Source: an uncultured bacterium (GTDB lineage: Bacteria > Hydrothermota > Tepidihabitantia > Tepidihabitantales > CAIPLT01). Taken from it: 13,368 nt of DNA. The position numbers were made by a program, and so were the translations under genes. Each line of letters starts with the position of its first letter. Position 1 is the first letter of the stretch. Below the pieces are notes generated by a model. It saw nothing but the letters and a program-made list of their open reading frames with translations, was not told where the DNA came from and made no database searches. Below are positions 1 through 6,907 of the stretch, piece after piece. The stretch covers positions 1 to 13,368 of the forward strand of contig CAZXRM010000021.1 of assembly GCA_964642595.1 (NCBI GenBank). The letters are read 5' to 3'.

Positions 1-210
1 CTTACTGAAACACGCTTGGATAGAACCCGTCAAATACGCGGATTGAGATTGGCATTAACTCGTAATAAATCAAGTAAACTCAGAAGTATGTTTTCTAGTT
101 TGTTTAGATTTATATTTATCTTCCTTATTACAAAACATAGAAAACAAGCAAAATCCCCTAATAATTCACGCTTGACTTGAAGTAGGGGATACCTCCCCTT
201 GTAAAACAGT

Positions 211-249
211 GATTAGGGGTTAGGGATTGGGGATTAGTGAGTTAGAGAG
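211..249. repeat. G-rich dispersed element, copy A (GATTAGGGGTTAGGGATTGGGGATTAG...), inside a cluster of six TAGGGGAT-like motifs spanning 153-237
   Basis: It shares the 12-mer ATTGGGGATTAG and the 10-mer GATTAGGGGT with copy C (10735-10764). It contains the telomere-like unit TTAGGG. Confidence 0.6.
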
Positions 250-265
250 AAAATCAACTCGAAAA

Positions 266-289
266 ATACTCTACTTATAAGTAGAGTAT
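266..289. repeat. Perfect 24-bp palindrome ATACTCTACTTATAAGTAGAGTAT; candidate operator or weak intrinsic terminator of the minus-strand operon
   Basis: Read directly from the sequence. On the minus strand the hairpin is followed by UUUUC (rc of 261-265). It lies 210 nt downstream of the activase stop. Confidence 0.4.
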
Positions 290-500
290 GTAAAATTTTG
301 GTTATTAATTACTTAAATGAAATTTCTCTTGTTTCTTGTCAGTTTTTGTTTTGTCATTTTAATTATTTGCCTGGTATTTAAGAACTTGCAGTTGCATTTC
401 CGTTTTTAGCCTTATTTTATCGGTGTTCGGAGCGATGCTCTGAATAGAAATCAATAAATTCAATGATTATGGGATTCAGATATATTAGAAGCTATTTTAT

Positions 501-1469
501 TTAATGCTTTATTGTAAGTTCTTCGGACCATTTGCCGCAACGGTCGCCATAGCGGTCAATGATTTCGTTTTCCCGAAAGGTTTCAATTACTTCGCAAGAA
601 TTCGGGCAGTCTTTGCATTCAAATGCTTTGGTAGTAAATTTAATATCTGCGGTTTCAAAACCAGCAAACTTGGTTTGTTTTCCGTCACTAATATATTCCT
701 GAGCAAGGATTGCCGCACCGATTGCTCCCATCACTAGAAAGTGTTCGGGGATTATAACTTTTTGTTCTAATGCCCGTTCAAATGCAGACTTGACACCGAT
801 ATTTGCCGCAACTCCGCCCTGAAATAGAATCAAGGGATGAATCTCTTTTCCTTTAGCGACCGTATTAAGATAATTTCGGACAATCGCATCGCATAATCCA
901 CGAATAATATCTTCAGTTGAAACACCGAGTTGTGCTTTATGCACCATATCGGATTCAGCAAAGACCGTGCAGCGACCAGCGATTGTTACACCAGTTTCGG
1001 CTTTCAGTGCATAATGACCAAATTCCTCAATCGGGATACCAAGACGGGTTGCCTGATGCTCTAAGAAAGAACCAGTGCCCGCAGCGCAGACTGTGTTCAT
1101 CGCAAAGTCAACTGGTATTCCATCCCGCAAAATAATAATTTTTGAATCCTGTCCTCCAATCTCAATTATAGTTCTGACTTGGGGATGATAATAAGAAGAA
1201 GCAAGGGCGTGAGCAATAATTTCATTTTTTACGACATCCGCGCCAATCATCACACCGGCTAATCGTCTTGCTGAACCGGTTGTGCCGGCACCGATAATTT
1301 TTACATTGTTAATTTGTCTGTGTAATTCTTTTAAAAGTCCTTTGATTGCTTCAACTGGTCGACCTTGGGTTCGGTGATAGGCACTGGCAAGGACTTTACC
1401 ATCTTGAGTAAAAACTACTCCTTTGGTCGAGATTGAACCGACATCAATACCTAAATAAGCAACAGACAT
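501..1469 (-). CDS. ATP-dependent [4Fe-4S] electron-donor ATPase of the BadF/BadG/BcrA/BcrD family (HgdC / YjiL-type 'activase'), with a C-terminal Cys-rich extension
   Basis: The N-terminus after the ATG at 1469 reads MSVAYLGIDVGSISTKGVV, the canonical phosphate-1 motif of HgdC-like ASKHA ATPases. CAAGTGSF and AGRCTVFAESD match the two cluster-ligating Cys motifs of HgdC homodimers. FQGGVAAN is an adenosine motif. The ORF track extends to 1490 using a TTG. The ATG at 1469 is preferred because it restores the family-typical N-terminus. The C-terminal ~45 aa carry CKDCPNSC...DRCGKW. Confidence 0.85.
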   Translation of the reverse strand: MSVAYLGIDVGSISTKGVVFTQDGKVLASAYHRTQGRPVEAIKGLLKELHRQINNVKIIGAGTTGSARRLAGVMIGADVVKNEIIAHALASSYYHPQVRTIIEIGGQDSKIIILRDGIPVDFAMNTVCAAGTGSFLEHQATRLGIPIEEFGHYALKAETGVTIAGRCTVFAESDMVHKAQLGVSTEDIIRGLCDAIVRNYLNTVAKGKEIHPLILFQGGVAANIGVKSAFERALEQKVIIPEHFLVMGAIGAAILAQEYISDGKQTKFAGFETADIKFTTKAFECKDCPNSCEVIETFRENEIIDRYGDRCGKWSEELTIKH

Positions 1470-1480
1470 ATTTATAAGGT

Positions 1481-1590
1481 CAAAGCTCAAAACTCAAAGT
1501 GCAAAACCTCAACTCAAAATTCAAAGTTAATTCTATCTGAAATTTTGAGCTTTTAGCTATAGTTTTGAGTTTTGACATTTGAGTTTTGAG
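1481..1590. repeat. Two inverted arrays of about seven heptamers each (CTCAAAR at 1481-1526; TTTTGAG at 1543-1590), separated by a 16-nt spacer
   Basis: Read directly from the sequence. The core CTCAAAACTCAAA (1486-1498) is a perfect 13-bp complement of TTTGAGTTTTGAG (1578-1590). The right array encodes the C-tail of the 365-aa protein. The left array lies in the region immediately 5' of the activase start. Confidence 0.75.
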
Positions 1591-2654
1591 TTCTCTTTTA
1601 CTGCAGTCAATTTTCTACGTTTGATTAAATCGACAAAGGCCTCTAATCGTGTCAGCAAACCGGTTTTTGATGTATGTTCGTCGATGGATAACGAGAGAAT
1701 TGGTGTCGAGTAGTCATCGCTCATTTTTTGTAATGCTTCGAGTGCAATATTTTCCGGCATACAGGTAAACGGGAAAATATGAATTATACCATCTGCGCCA
1801 TTTTTAATGAAAGTGCGGGCTTCACCGACCGTGTTCAGTGCTTCACCGCCGGGTGATTCTTTGAGATAATCTCGGGCTTGAGAATAATGTTTGTATCTTC
1901 GCCAGTCAATGCGCAGCAGATGTTTCAGATGACTATAAAGACTCCGCTCATTCCAAACCCAGACACCCATTTTGCCTAGTTCTTTTTCAATATCGTGATT
2001 GGCAAACGGCTCAAGCATCAGATAGATTTCACCGACCAAGCCGATTTTAATATTATTTTCAGGTATCTTACTGGTAAAAATGAAAAGTTTTTTCAGTTCT
2101 TTTTTAGCAGTCCGTATCTGTGATAGGATATGGGCATCAGACAGGATTTTTAATGCTTGTTTTTCCAGTTGAGTTGCTTGATTATAATCAATTGCCCTTG
2201 CCTTGCGGATGTATTTACGAAACTCGTCAATCAGAGCGCTGTGTATAAGCATTTGATAGGTTGCTTTGATTACTTTGGCGGGCTTGATTGAGAAAATTTT
2301 CGGCATAATCTGAAATAAAAATTGTAATGGCGTGTACTGGCTGATTGGATAGAATTTGATGTTGGGATTGAATTGTTTTACGATGTTTTCCTGAATGAAG
2401 TGATAATAACCAAACCGGCACTTTTTGGCACCAGCCGCCATAAAAAGTGTGTCGGCGCCGTTTTCGATTGCTTCGATAAAATTACCAAGCGTGATTTTAA
2501 AAGGCAGGCAGATAAGTTCAGGAGAATATTTTGTACCAAGCGAAATAGTTTTTGCGGTTGGCAGAGCAGGCATCCGCACTTCAGCACCAAGCGTCTCAAG
2601 AAAATTTTTGATGGCAATTGTGTCATAACCGAAATAGGGGAAAGCGGCTTTCAT
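1557..2654 (-). CDS. Activase-associated partner subunit, paralog B (resembles the DUF2229-type 'CoA-substrate-specific enzyme activase uncharacterised domain'); substrate unknown
   Basis: A 365-aa ORF overlapping the upstream gene by ATGA (2651-2654), indicating translational coupling. It shares motifs with its neighbour: E-L-I-C-L-P-F-K-I, I-F-P-F-T-C-M-P-E and S-I-D-E-H-T-S-K-T-G-x-x-T-R-L-E-A-F. The last 14 aa (VKENSKLKCQNSKL) are encoded by the TTTTGAG heptamer array. Confidence 0.7.
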   Translation of the reverse strand: MKAAFPYFGYDTIAIKNFLETLGAEVRMPALPTAKTISLGTKYSPELICLPFKITLGNFIEAIENGADTLFMAAGAKKCRFGYYHFIQENIVKQFNPNIKFYPISQYTPLQFLFQIMPKIFSIKPAKVIKATYQMLIHSALIDEFRKYIRKARAIDYNQATQLEKQALKILSDAHILSQIRTAKKELKKLFIFTSKIPENNIKIGLVGEIYLMLEPFANHDIEKELGKMGVWVWNERSLYSHLKHLLRIDWRRYKHYSQARDYLKESPGGEALNTVGEARTFIKNGADGIIHIFPFTCMPENIALEALQKMSDDYSTPILSLSIDEHTSKTGLLTRLEAFVDLIKRRKLTAVKENSKLKCQNSKL

Positions 2655-3562
2655 TGTAATTGGGGTGTGGGGATTTGGGAATGGGGGTTAGTATTTCTAC
2701 GGATAATATCAGCAAATGCTTCGATGCGGGTGTTGATTCCGGTTTTAGAAGTATGCTCGTCAATAACCAATTGCAGAAACGGCAGTTTATATTCACTTGC
2801 CTGTTTCATCATTATTTCACTTATCAAAGAATCAGGACCGCATCCGAAAGAAATAATATTACATACCCCGTCAATTTTATCTAAATTATAGTGAAAGGCA
2901 TTATAAAGTTCCCGTTCGTAAACCCATTTGATATTTTTTGCAAATCCCTGTTCAGAATTGAGGATTTGGGGTGATAAATTTTCTTTGGTGGTAATTGCGA
3001 AATTATTAGATTGGAATAAGTTTATAATATCTTTGCTGATAAAATCATCGGACAGGTTATAAAAATGGCTCAAAAGCAGGATTTTTCTCTGATTATTATT
3101 AATCTTTGATTCTTTAGGATAATCCGATAGATAGGGCAGTCCATTTTTTAGAGCATTGATTGTTTTTACGGGATTTTTTGTTAATTTTAATCCGGTTATA
3201 AAATGGGGATATAGAAAATTATTTTTAATAGTTGGTGAAAGAATCTTACATACACTGCCTGCCTGAATTCTCGCAATATCAACAATCCCAATCATTTTCG
3301 GGCAGGTGTGAAGACCAGAATTGAGATTTAAAAACCGGGGTAAAAAGATATGGTCAACTTTATCTTTGAGAAATTCGATGTGACCGCAGATAATTTTAAT
3401 CGGCAGGCAGATTTCGCTTGACACTTTTTTCAGACCCTGCTGTAAAATATCGTTATTGGTCGGGGGCGAGATTAAATAGTCGATGCCCAGCCCCTGAAAA
3501 AATTTTTCCCAGAACCGGCCATAACGAAAATAAAATAAAGCACGCGGTATCCCGATTTTCAT
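2651..3562 (-). CDS. Activase-associated partner subunit, paralog A (DUF2229-like); first gene of the operon
   Basis: A 303-aa ORF. Its N-terminus, KIGIPRALFYFRYGRFWEKFFQGLGIDY, is of the type I recall from 'acyl-CoA dehydratase activase-related' proteins. It carries S-E-I-C-L-P-I-K-I, I-S-F-G-C-G-P-D-S and V-I-D-E-H-T-S-K-T-G-I-N-T-R-I-E-A-F. The C-terminal tail NTNPHSQIPTPQLQ is encoded by the G-rich element at 2659-2693. Confidence 0.7.
   Translation of the reverse strand: MKIGIPRALFYFRYGRFWEKFFQGLGIDYLISPPTNNDILQQGLKKVSSEICLPIKIICGHIEFLKDKVDHIFLPRFLNLNSGLHTCPKMIGIVDIARIQAGSVCKILSPTIKNNFLYPHFITGLKLTKNPVKTINALKNGLPYLSDYPKESKINNNQRKILLLSHFYNLSDDFISKDIINLFQSNNFAITTKENLSPQILNSEQGFAKNIKWVYERELYNAFHYNLDKIDGVCNIISFGCGPDSLISEIMMKQASEYKLPFLQLVIDEHTSKTGINTRIEAFADIIRRNTNPHSQIPTPQLQ
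2659..2693. repeat. G-rich dispersed element, copy B (AATTGGGGTGTGGGGATTTGGGAATGGGGGTTAGTA); canonical G4 motif with four G-runs and loops of 3, 4 and 3 nt
   Basis: It starts AATTGGGG and ends GTTAGTA, as copy C starts AATTGGGG and ends GTTTGTA. It sits at the junction of the two partner genes and encodes ...NPHSQIPTPQLQ*. Confidence 0.6.
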
Positions 3563-3574
3563 ATTCTATAATCA

Positions 3575-3633
3575 ATTGTATAACCTGCGTGTAAAATGTC
3601 AACTATTGACATAATTTCAGAAAATCATATAAT
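3575..3633. promoter_or_regulatory. Divergent sigma70-like promoters; their -35 hexamers form the 17-bp inverted repeat ATGTCAA-cta-TTGACAT
   Basis: Plus strand: TTGACA (3606-3611), 16-nt spacer, TATAAT (3628-3633), 46 nt upstream of the pilT ATG. Minus strand: TTGACA (rc of 3597-3602), 16-nt spacer, TACAAT (rc of 3575-3580). This places a transcription start only ~5-8 nt before the ATG at 3562, giving a near-leaderless mRNA. Confidence 0.55.
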
Positions 3634-3679
3634 ATCATTATAATTGAGTGAGAATATTTACTTAAACGATTTATAACTT

Positions 3680-4798
3680 ATGGCAAATAATGACGAAAAG
3701 TTTTTTGATGAACTTCTCGACGAATGCGTCCGTCGAAATGCTTCTGACCTTCATTTAACTGTTGGACTTCCCCCAGTATTAAGAATTGATGGTGTTTTAA
3801 GACCGATTGAAAAATCAGCAGTTCTGACACCGGATGTAACCAATCGCATCAAAGATATTACAATTGAAAATGCGCCGCAGATAAAACATCTGGTCACCGA
3901 AGACGGCGGCGCAGATTTTAGTTTAGCATATAAAGACCTTGCTCGTTTTCGGGTCGCTATTTACCGCCAAAAAGGTCATTATGGCCTGGCTTTGCGTCTT
4001 ATTCCCAATAAAATATTACCGTTTGAAGATATTGGTTTTCTTGCCAATCAAGTTCCGAGAATAAAAAATCTCTTAGACCGTCCACATGGTTTGATACTGG
4101 TAACTGGTCCTACCGGTTCGGGCAAGACGACGACCCAGGCAACTTTTGTTGATTATATTCTGGAGAGTCCGCGGCATGTTTTAACTATTGAAGACCCGAT
4201 TGAATTTGTACACAATCATAAAAATGGTTTGATTACCCAGCGCGAAGTCGGTGTTGATGTGCCTTCGTTCCGCGAAGCGATTATGAAAGGTCTGCGTTCC
4301 AATCCTAATGTTATATTGGTTGCTGAAATCCGAGATGTAGCAACCGCCGAAGCAACAATTTGGGCAGCGGAATCAGGGCACTTGGTAATTGGCACATTGC
4401 ATACGACTAATGCATCCGAAACAGTTACGCGGTTTATTGATGTTTTTCCACCGGAAATTAGAGACCAGATTCGAATTCAATTCTCGATATCATTGCTGGC
4501 GATTTTTGCGCAGCGGTTATTACCCAGAGCGACCGGTAAAGGACGGGTTGGAGTATTCGAAATAATGATTGCGACACCAGCCGTGCGTAATCTCATCCGG
4601 GAACGGAAAATCGAACATTTACCGTCAGCCATTCAATCATCAATTGCCGAAGGAAGCTGTACTTTTGATAGCGCATTGGCAGAATTATACCGAGCCGGAA
4701 AAATCACATTTGAAATGGCATTGATGAACGCTTTTGACCCAAGGGCATTACGCGAGCTGGTTGAATTTGGAATGAAGAGCAGATACGCACACCGTTAA
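3680..4798 (+). CDS. pilT: Type IV pilus retraction (twitching motility) ATPase PilT
   Basis: DLHLTVGLPPVLRIDG N-domain motif. Walker A LVTGPTGSGKTTT. TIEDPIEF, REVG, His-box GHLVIGTLHT and TPAVRNLIRE are all PilT/PilU hallmarks. At 372 aa the length is right for PilT. Confidence 0.88.
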   Translation: MANNDEKFFDELLDECVRRNASDLHLTVGLPPVLRIDGVLRPIEKSAVLTPDVTNRIKDITIENAPQIKHLVTEDGGADFSLAYKDLARFRVAIYRQKGHYGLALRLIPNKILPFEDIGFLANQVPRIKNLLDRPHGLILVTGPTGSGKTTTQATFVDYILESPRHVLTIEDPIEFVHNHKNGLITQREVGVDVPSFREAIMKGLRSNPNVILVAEIRDVATAEATIWAAESGHLVIGTLHTTNASETVTRFIDVFPPEIRDQIRIQFSISLLAIFAQRLLPRATGKGRVGVFEIMIATPAVRNLIRERKIEHLPSAIQSSIAEGSCTFDSALAELYRAGKITFEMALMNAFDPRALRELVEFGMKSRYAHR

Positions 4799-4810
4799 TT
4801 CATAATAAGG

Positions 4811-4871
4811 ACGCAGATAAACGCAGATATGAAAGAAATAGAAAATCAAAGCAATCAGCAAAAATCTGCGT
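4811..4871. promoter_or_regulatory. Intergenic repeat set: ACGCAGATA x2 direct (4811-4819, 4821-4829) and one inverted copy ATCTGCGT (4864-4871); candidate operator or long-loop hairpin
   Basis: Read directly from the sequence. A possible 17-codon ORF, MKEIENQSNQQKSAFNLS (4829-4885), lies between the repeat arms. Confidence 0.3.
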
Positions 4872-4917
4872 TCAATTTATCATAAAATATTCCAAGTTGA
4901 AAAGAAATTAATTTTTA

Positions 4918-5559
4918 ATGTTTTTTATCATACCGATGACACTGCAGGGCAATAATTATTCAATTTATTTCATATCATTGTTTTTTGGGTTTCTTACTGG
5001 CAGTATTCCATTTGGTTATCTTTTAGCCCGCACCCGAGGTATTGATATCCGAAAACAGGGAAGTAAAAACATCGGTTTTACTAATGTCAACCGGGTAATG
5101 GGATTGATTTACGCGATACCGGTTTTGATTTTAGATGTTGCTAAAGGTTTTATCCCGACATATTTTGCCAGCCGTCTCGAATTTATACCAGTTTTAGTCG
5201 GATTGGGAGCCATCATCGGACATATCTTTACGCCGTGGTTATCATTTAAAGGCGGTAAAGGAGTCGCAACGACCATCGGAGTTTTTTCCGCACTAGCACC
5301 GCTTGTTCTTGTTTGTTGTTTGGGAATATTTATTTTAGTCTTATCAATTCTATCGTATATATCAGTTGCATCGCTTGGTTTTGTATTGTCTTTGCCGATA
5401 TTTTCAATTATTCTATATTCAGAAAATAAAATGATATTTTTTTTGGCATTAATTACGGCAATAATTGTAATTATTCGCCATAAAGAGAATATTAAAAGAT
5501 TAATTCAGAAAACTGAACCGAAATTTTCTTTTTTGCGTCTAAAAAGAGACAAGGTATGA
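4918..5559 (+). CDS. plsY: Glycerol-3-phosphate acyltransferase PlsY (acyl-phosphate dependent)
   Basis: GSIPFGYLLA, GSKNIGFTNVNRVMG and FKGGKGVATT motifs. The protein is polytopic and hydrophobic, 213 aa. The real start may be the ATG at 4936 (MTLQ...). Confidence 0.85.
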   Translation: MFFIIPMTLQGNNYSIYFISLFFGFLTGSIPFGYLLARTRGIDIRKQGSKNIGFTNVNRVMGLIYAIPVLILDVAKGFIPTYFASRLEFIPVLVGLGAIIGHIFTPWLSFKGGKGVATTIGVFSALAPLVLVCCLGIFILVLSILSYISVASLGFVLSLPIFSIILYSENKMIFFLALITAIIVIIRHKENIKRLIQKTEPKFSFLRLKRDKV

Positions 5560-6566
5560 AAATTACATTTATTGGTGCCGGACGTTGGGCAATGACCCTG
5601 GCTTTAGTTTTGCACCGTAAAAATATTGCAATATCAATGTGGGAATATTCAGAAGAAAGACTGAATATTTTAAAGAAAACCAAAAAATTAAATGACCTAC
5701 CAGAATCGGTTATAATACCGGATACAATTAATATCAGTAATGATTTAACCGACTCGCTCAAGTTAAGTGAAGTTATATTTTTTGCGATACCATCTCAGGA
5801 ACTGAGGTCAGTATTGACTAAAATGTGGTCAATCGTAGATATTAAAAAAAGTCCGATATTAGTCAGTGCGATTAAAGGGCTGGAAAATAATTCGTACAAA
5901 AGAATTTCAACAATCATTAAAGAATTCTTCCCGGATTTACCGGTAGTTGTACTGGCTGGCCCTGGGATTCCTTTTGAAATAGCACAAGGAAAACCGGCTT
6001 CATTGGTTGCCGCATCGCAGGAACATAATGTTGCGGATATAATCCAAAACCTATTATCTGATGAAAATCTAAGGGTTTATACTCATCCGGATGTAGTCGG
6101 AGTAGAACTGGGCGGTGCACTGAAAAATGTGATAGCAATTGCGGCTGGAATATCAGATGGTTTAAAATTAGGGGATAATGCTAAATCTGCTTTAATTACG
6201 CGCGGGCTCTCCGAGATTACTCGTCTAGGTATAGCACTTAATGCAAATCCGATGACTTTTGCCGGATTATCGGGAATCGGTGATGTAATTGTAACATCTT
6301 ACTCGCCATATTCGCGCAACCATATTTTAGGCGAGCAGATTGGACAGGGTATAATATTGGAGGAGACGATTAAATCACTTAATGGCATTGCCGAAGGAGT
6401 TATGACTGCTAAATCAGCAAAAGGACTTGGTTCAAAAATGCGGGTTGAACTGCCGATTATCGAGCAGATGTACTCAATATTATTTGAGCAAGGCGATATT
6501 GAAAAAAGTATAAAGAAATTAATGGCTCGTCCGTTAAAAAGAGAGATGAATTATGAAAAATTCTAA
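5556..6566 (+). CDS. gpsA: NAD(P)H-dependent glycerol-3-phosphate dehydrogenase GpsA
   Basis: N-terminal Rossmann motif KITFIGAGRWAMTLA. GVELGGALKNVIAIAAGISDGL and LSGIGDVIVT are GpsA signatures. The ATGA overlap with plsY follows the canonical plsY-gpsA pairing. Confidence 0.92.
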   Translation: MKITFIGAGRWAMTLALVLHRKNIAISMWEYSEERLNILKKTKKLNDLPESVIIPDTINISNDLTDSLKLSEVIFFAIPSQELRSVLTKMWSIVDIKKSPILVSAIKGLENNSYKRISTIIKEFFPDLPVVVLAGPGIPFEIAQGKPASLVAASQEHNVADIIQNLLSDENLRVYTHPDVVGVELGGALKNVIAIAAGISDGLKLGDNAKSALITRGLSEITRLGIALNANPMTFAGLSGIGDVIVTSYSPYSRNHILGEQIGQGIILEETIKSLNGIAEGVMTAKSAKGLGSKMRVELPIIEQMYSILFEQGDIEKSIKKLMARPLKREMNYEKF

Positions 6567-6891
6567 TAAAAAGTTTTACACATTGTCACAAGTTGCTCAC
6601 TTGACCAATATCAAAGTGCACACTTTAAAATACTGGTGCAAAGAATTTAAGTTAATGCTTCAGAAAAATTCATCGGGAAGAAAAATATTTTCGCAAGATG
6701 ATATTGACAAGATTCTTTTGATAAAACATTTAAGACAGCAGGAAAAATTGACTCTGACTGGTATCAAACGAAGGTTACGCGAGATGAAAAATATTCCAAA
6801 ATCGAAACAAAATAGCAAGTATCGTCAAAATATTTTATGGATACAAAAAGAACTGCTGGCAGTAAAAAATCTGCTTCAGCAACAAATATAA
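6553..6891 (+). CDS. Small MerR-family HTH transcriptional regulator (HTH plus coiled-coil only, 112 aa)
   Basis: [25 protein letters not shown]...[20 protein letters not shown]...[10 protein letters not shown] fits the MerR N-terminal wing-HTH plus dimerisation-helix pattern. There is no effector domain and no C-terminal Cys. The ORF overlaps the gpsA 3' end by 14 nt. Confidence 0.6.
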   Translation: MKNSNKKFYTLSQVAHLTNIKVHTLKYWCKEFKLMLQKNSSGRKIFSQDDIDKILLIKHLRQQEKLTLTGIKRRLREMKNIPKSKQNSKYRQNILWIQKELLAVKNLLQQQI

Positions 6892-6907
6892 ACAAAGGAG
6901 AAATATT

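Noticed and set aside
1-43. Possible 3' end of a plus-strand gene entering the window (frame 2: ...LLKHAWIEPVKYAD*, slightly higher GC)
   Set aside because: Only 14 codons are visible, so homology or codon bias cannot be assessed. It is left unannotated.
317-409. 30-codon hydrophobic ORF MKFLLFLVSFCFVILIICLVFKNLQLHFRF (type I toxin-like?) and a similar 30-codon ORF at 88-180
   Set aside because: T-rich non-coding DNA in AT-rich genomes yields Phe/Leu/Ile-rich ORFs by chance. Neither has an SD or a plausible promoter, so they cannot be supported from sequence alone.
1481-1590. Considered whether the heptamer arrays could be a CRISPR array
   Set aside because: The units are 7 nt with no spacers, and the two arrays are inverted complements. 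This has nothing in common with 24-48-nt repeats plus unique spacers, and no cas genes are present.
504-3562. Plus-strand ORFs 504-737, 917-1135, 2373-2891, 2425-2628 and 2660-2884, and minus-strand ORFs 2227-2421 and 2378-2626, overlapping the activase operon
   Set aside because: They are antisense or out of frame to long ORFs that carry clear family motifs. Their translations are Cys/Arg-rich and low-complexity, typical of shadow ORFs.
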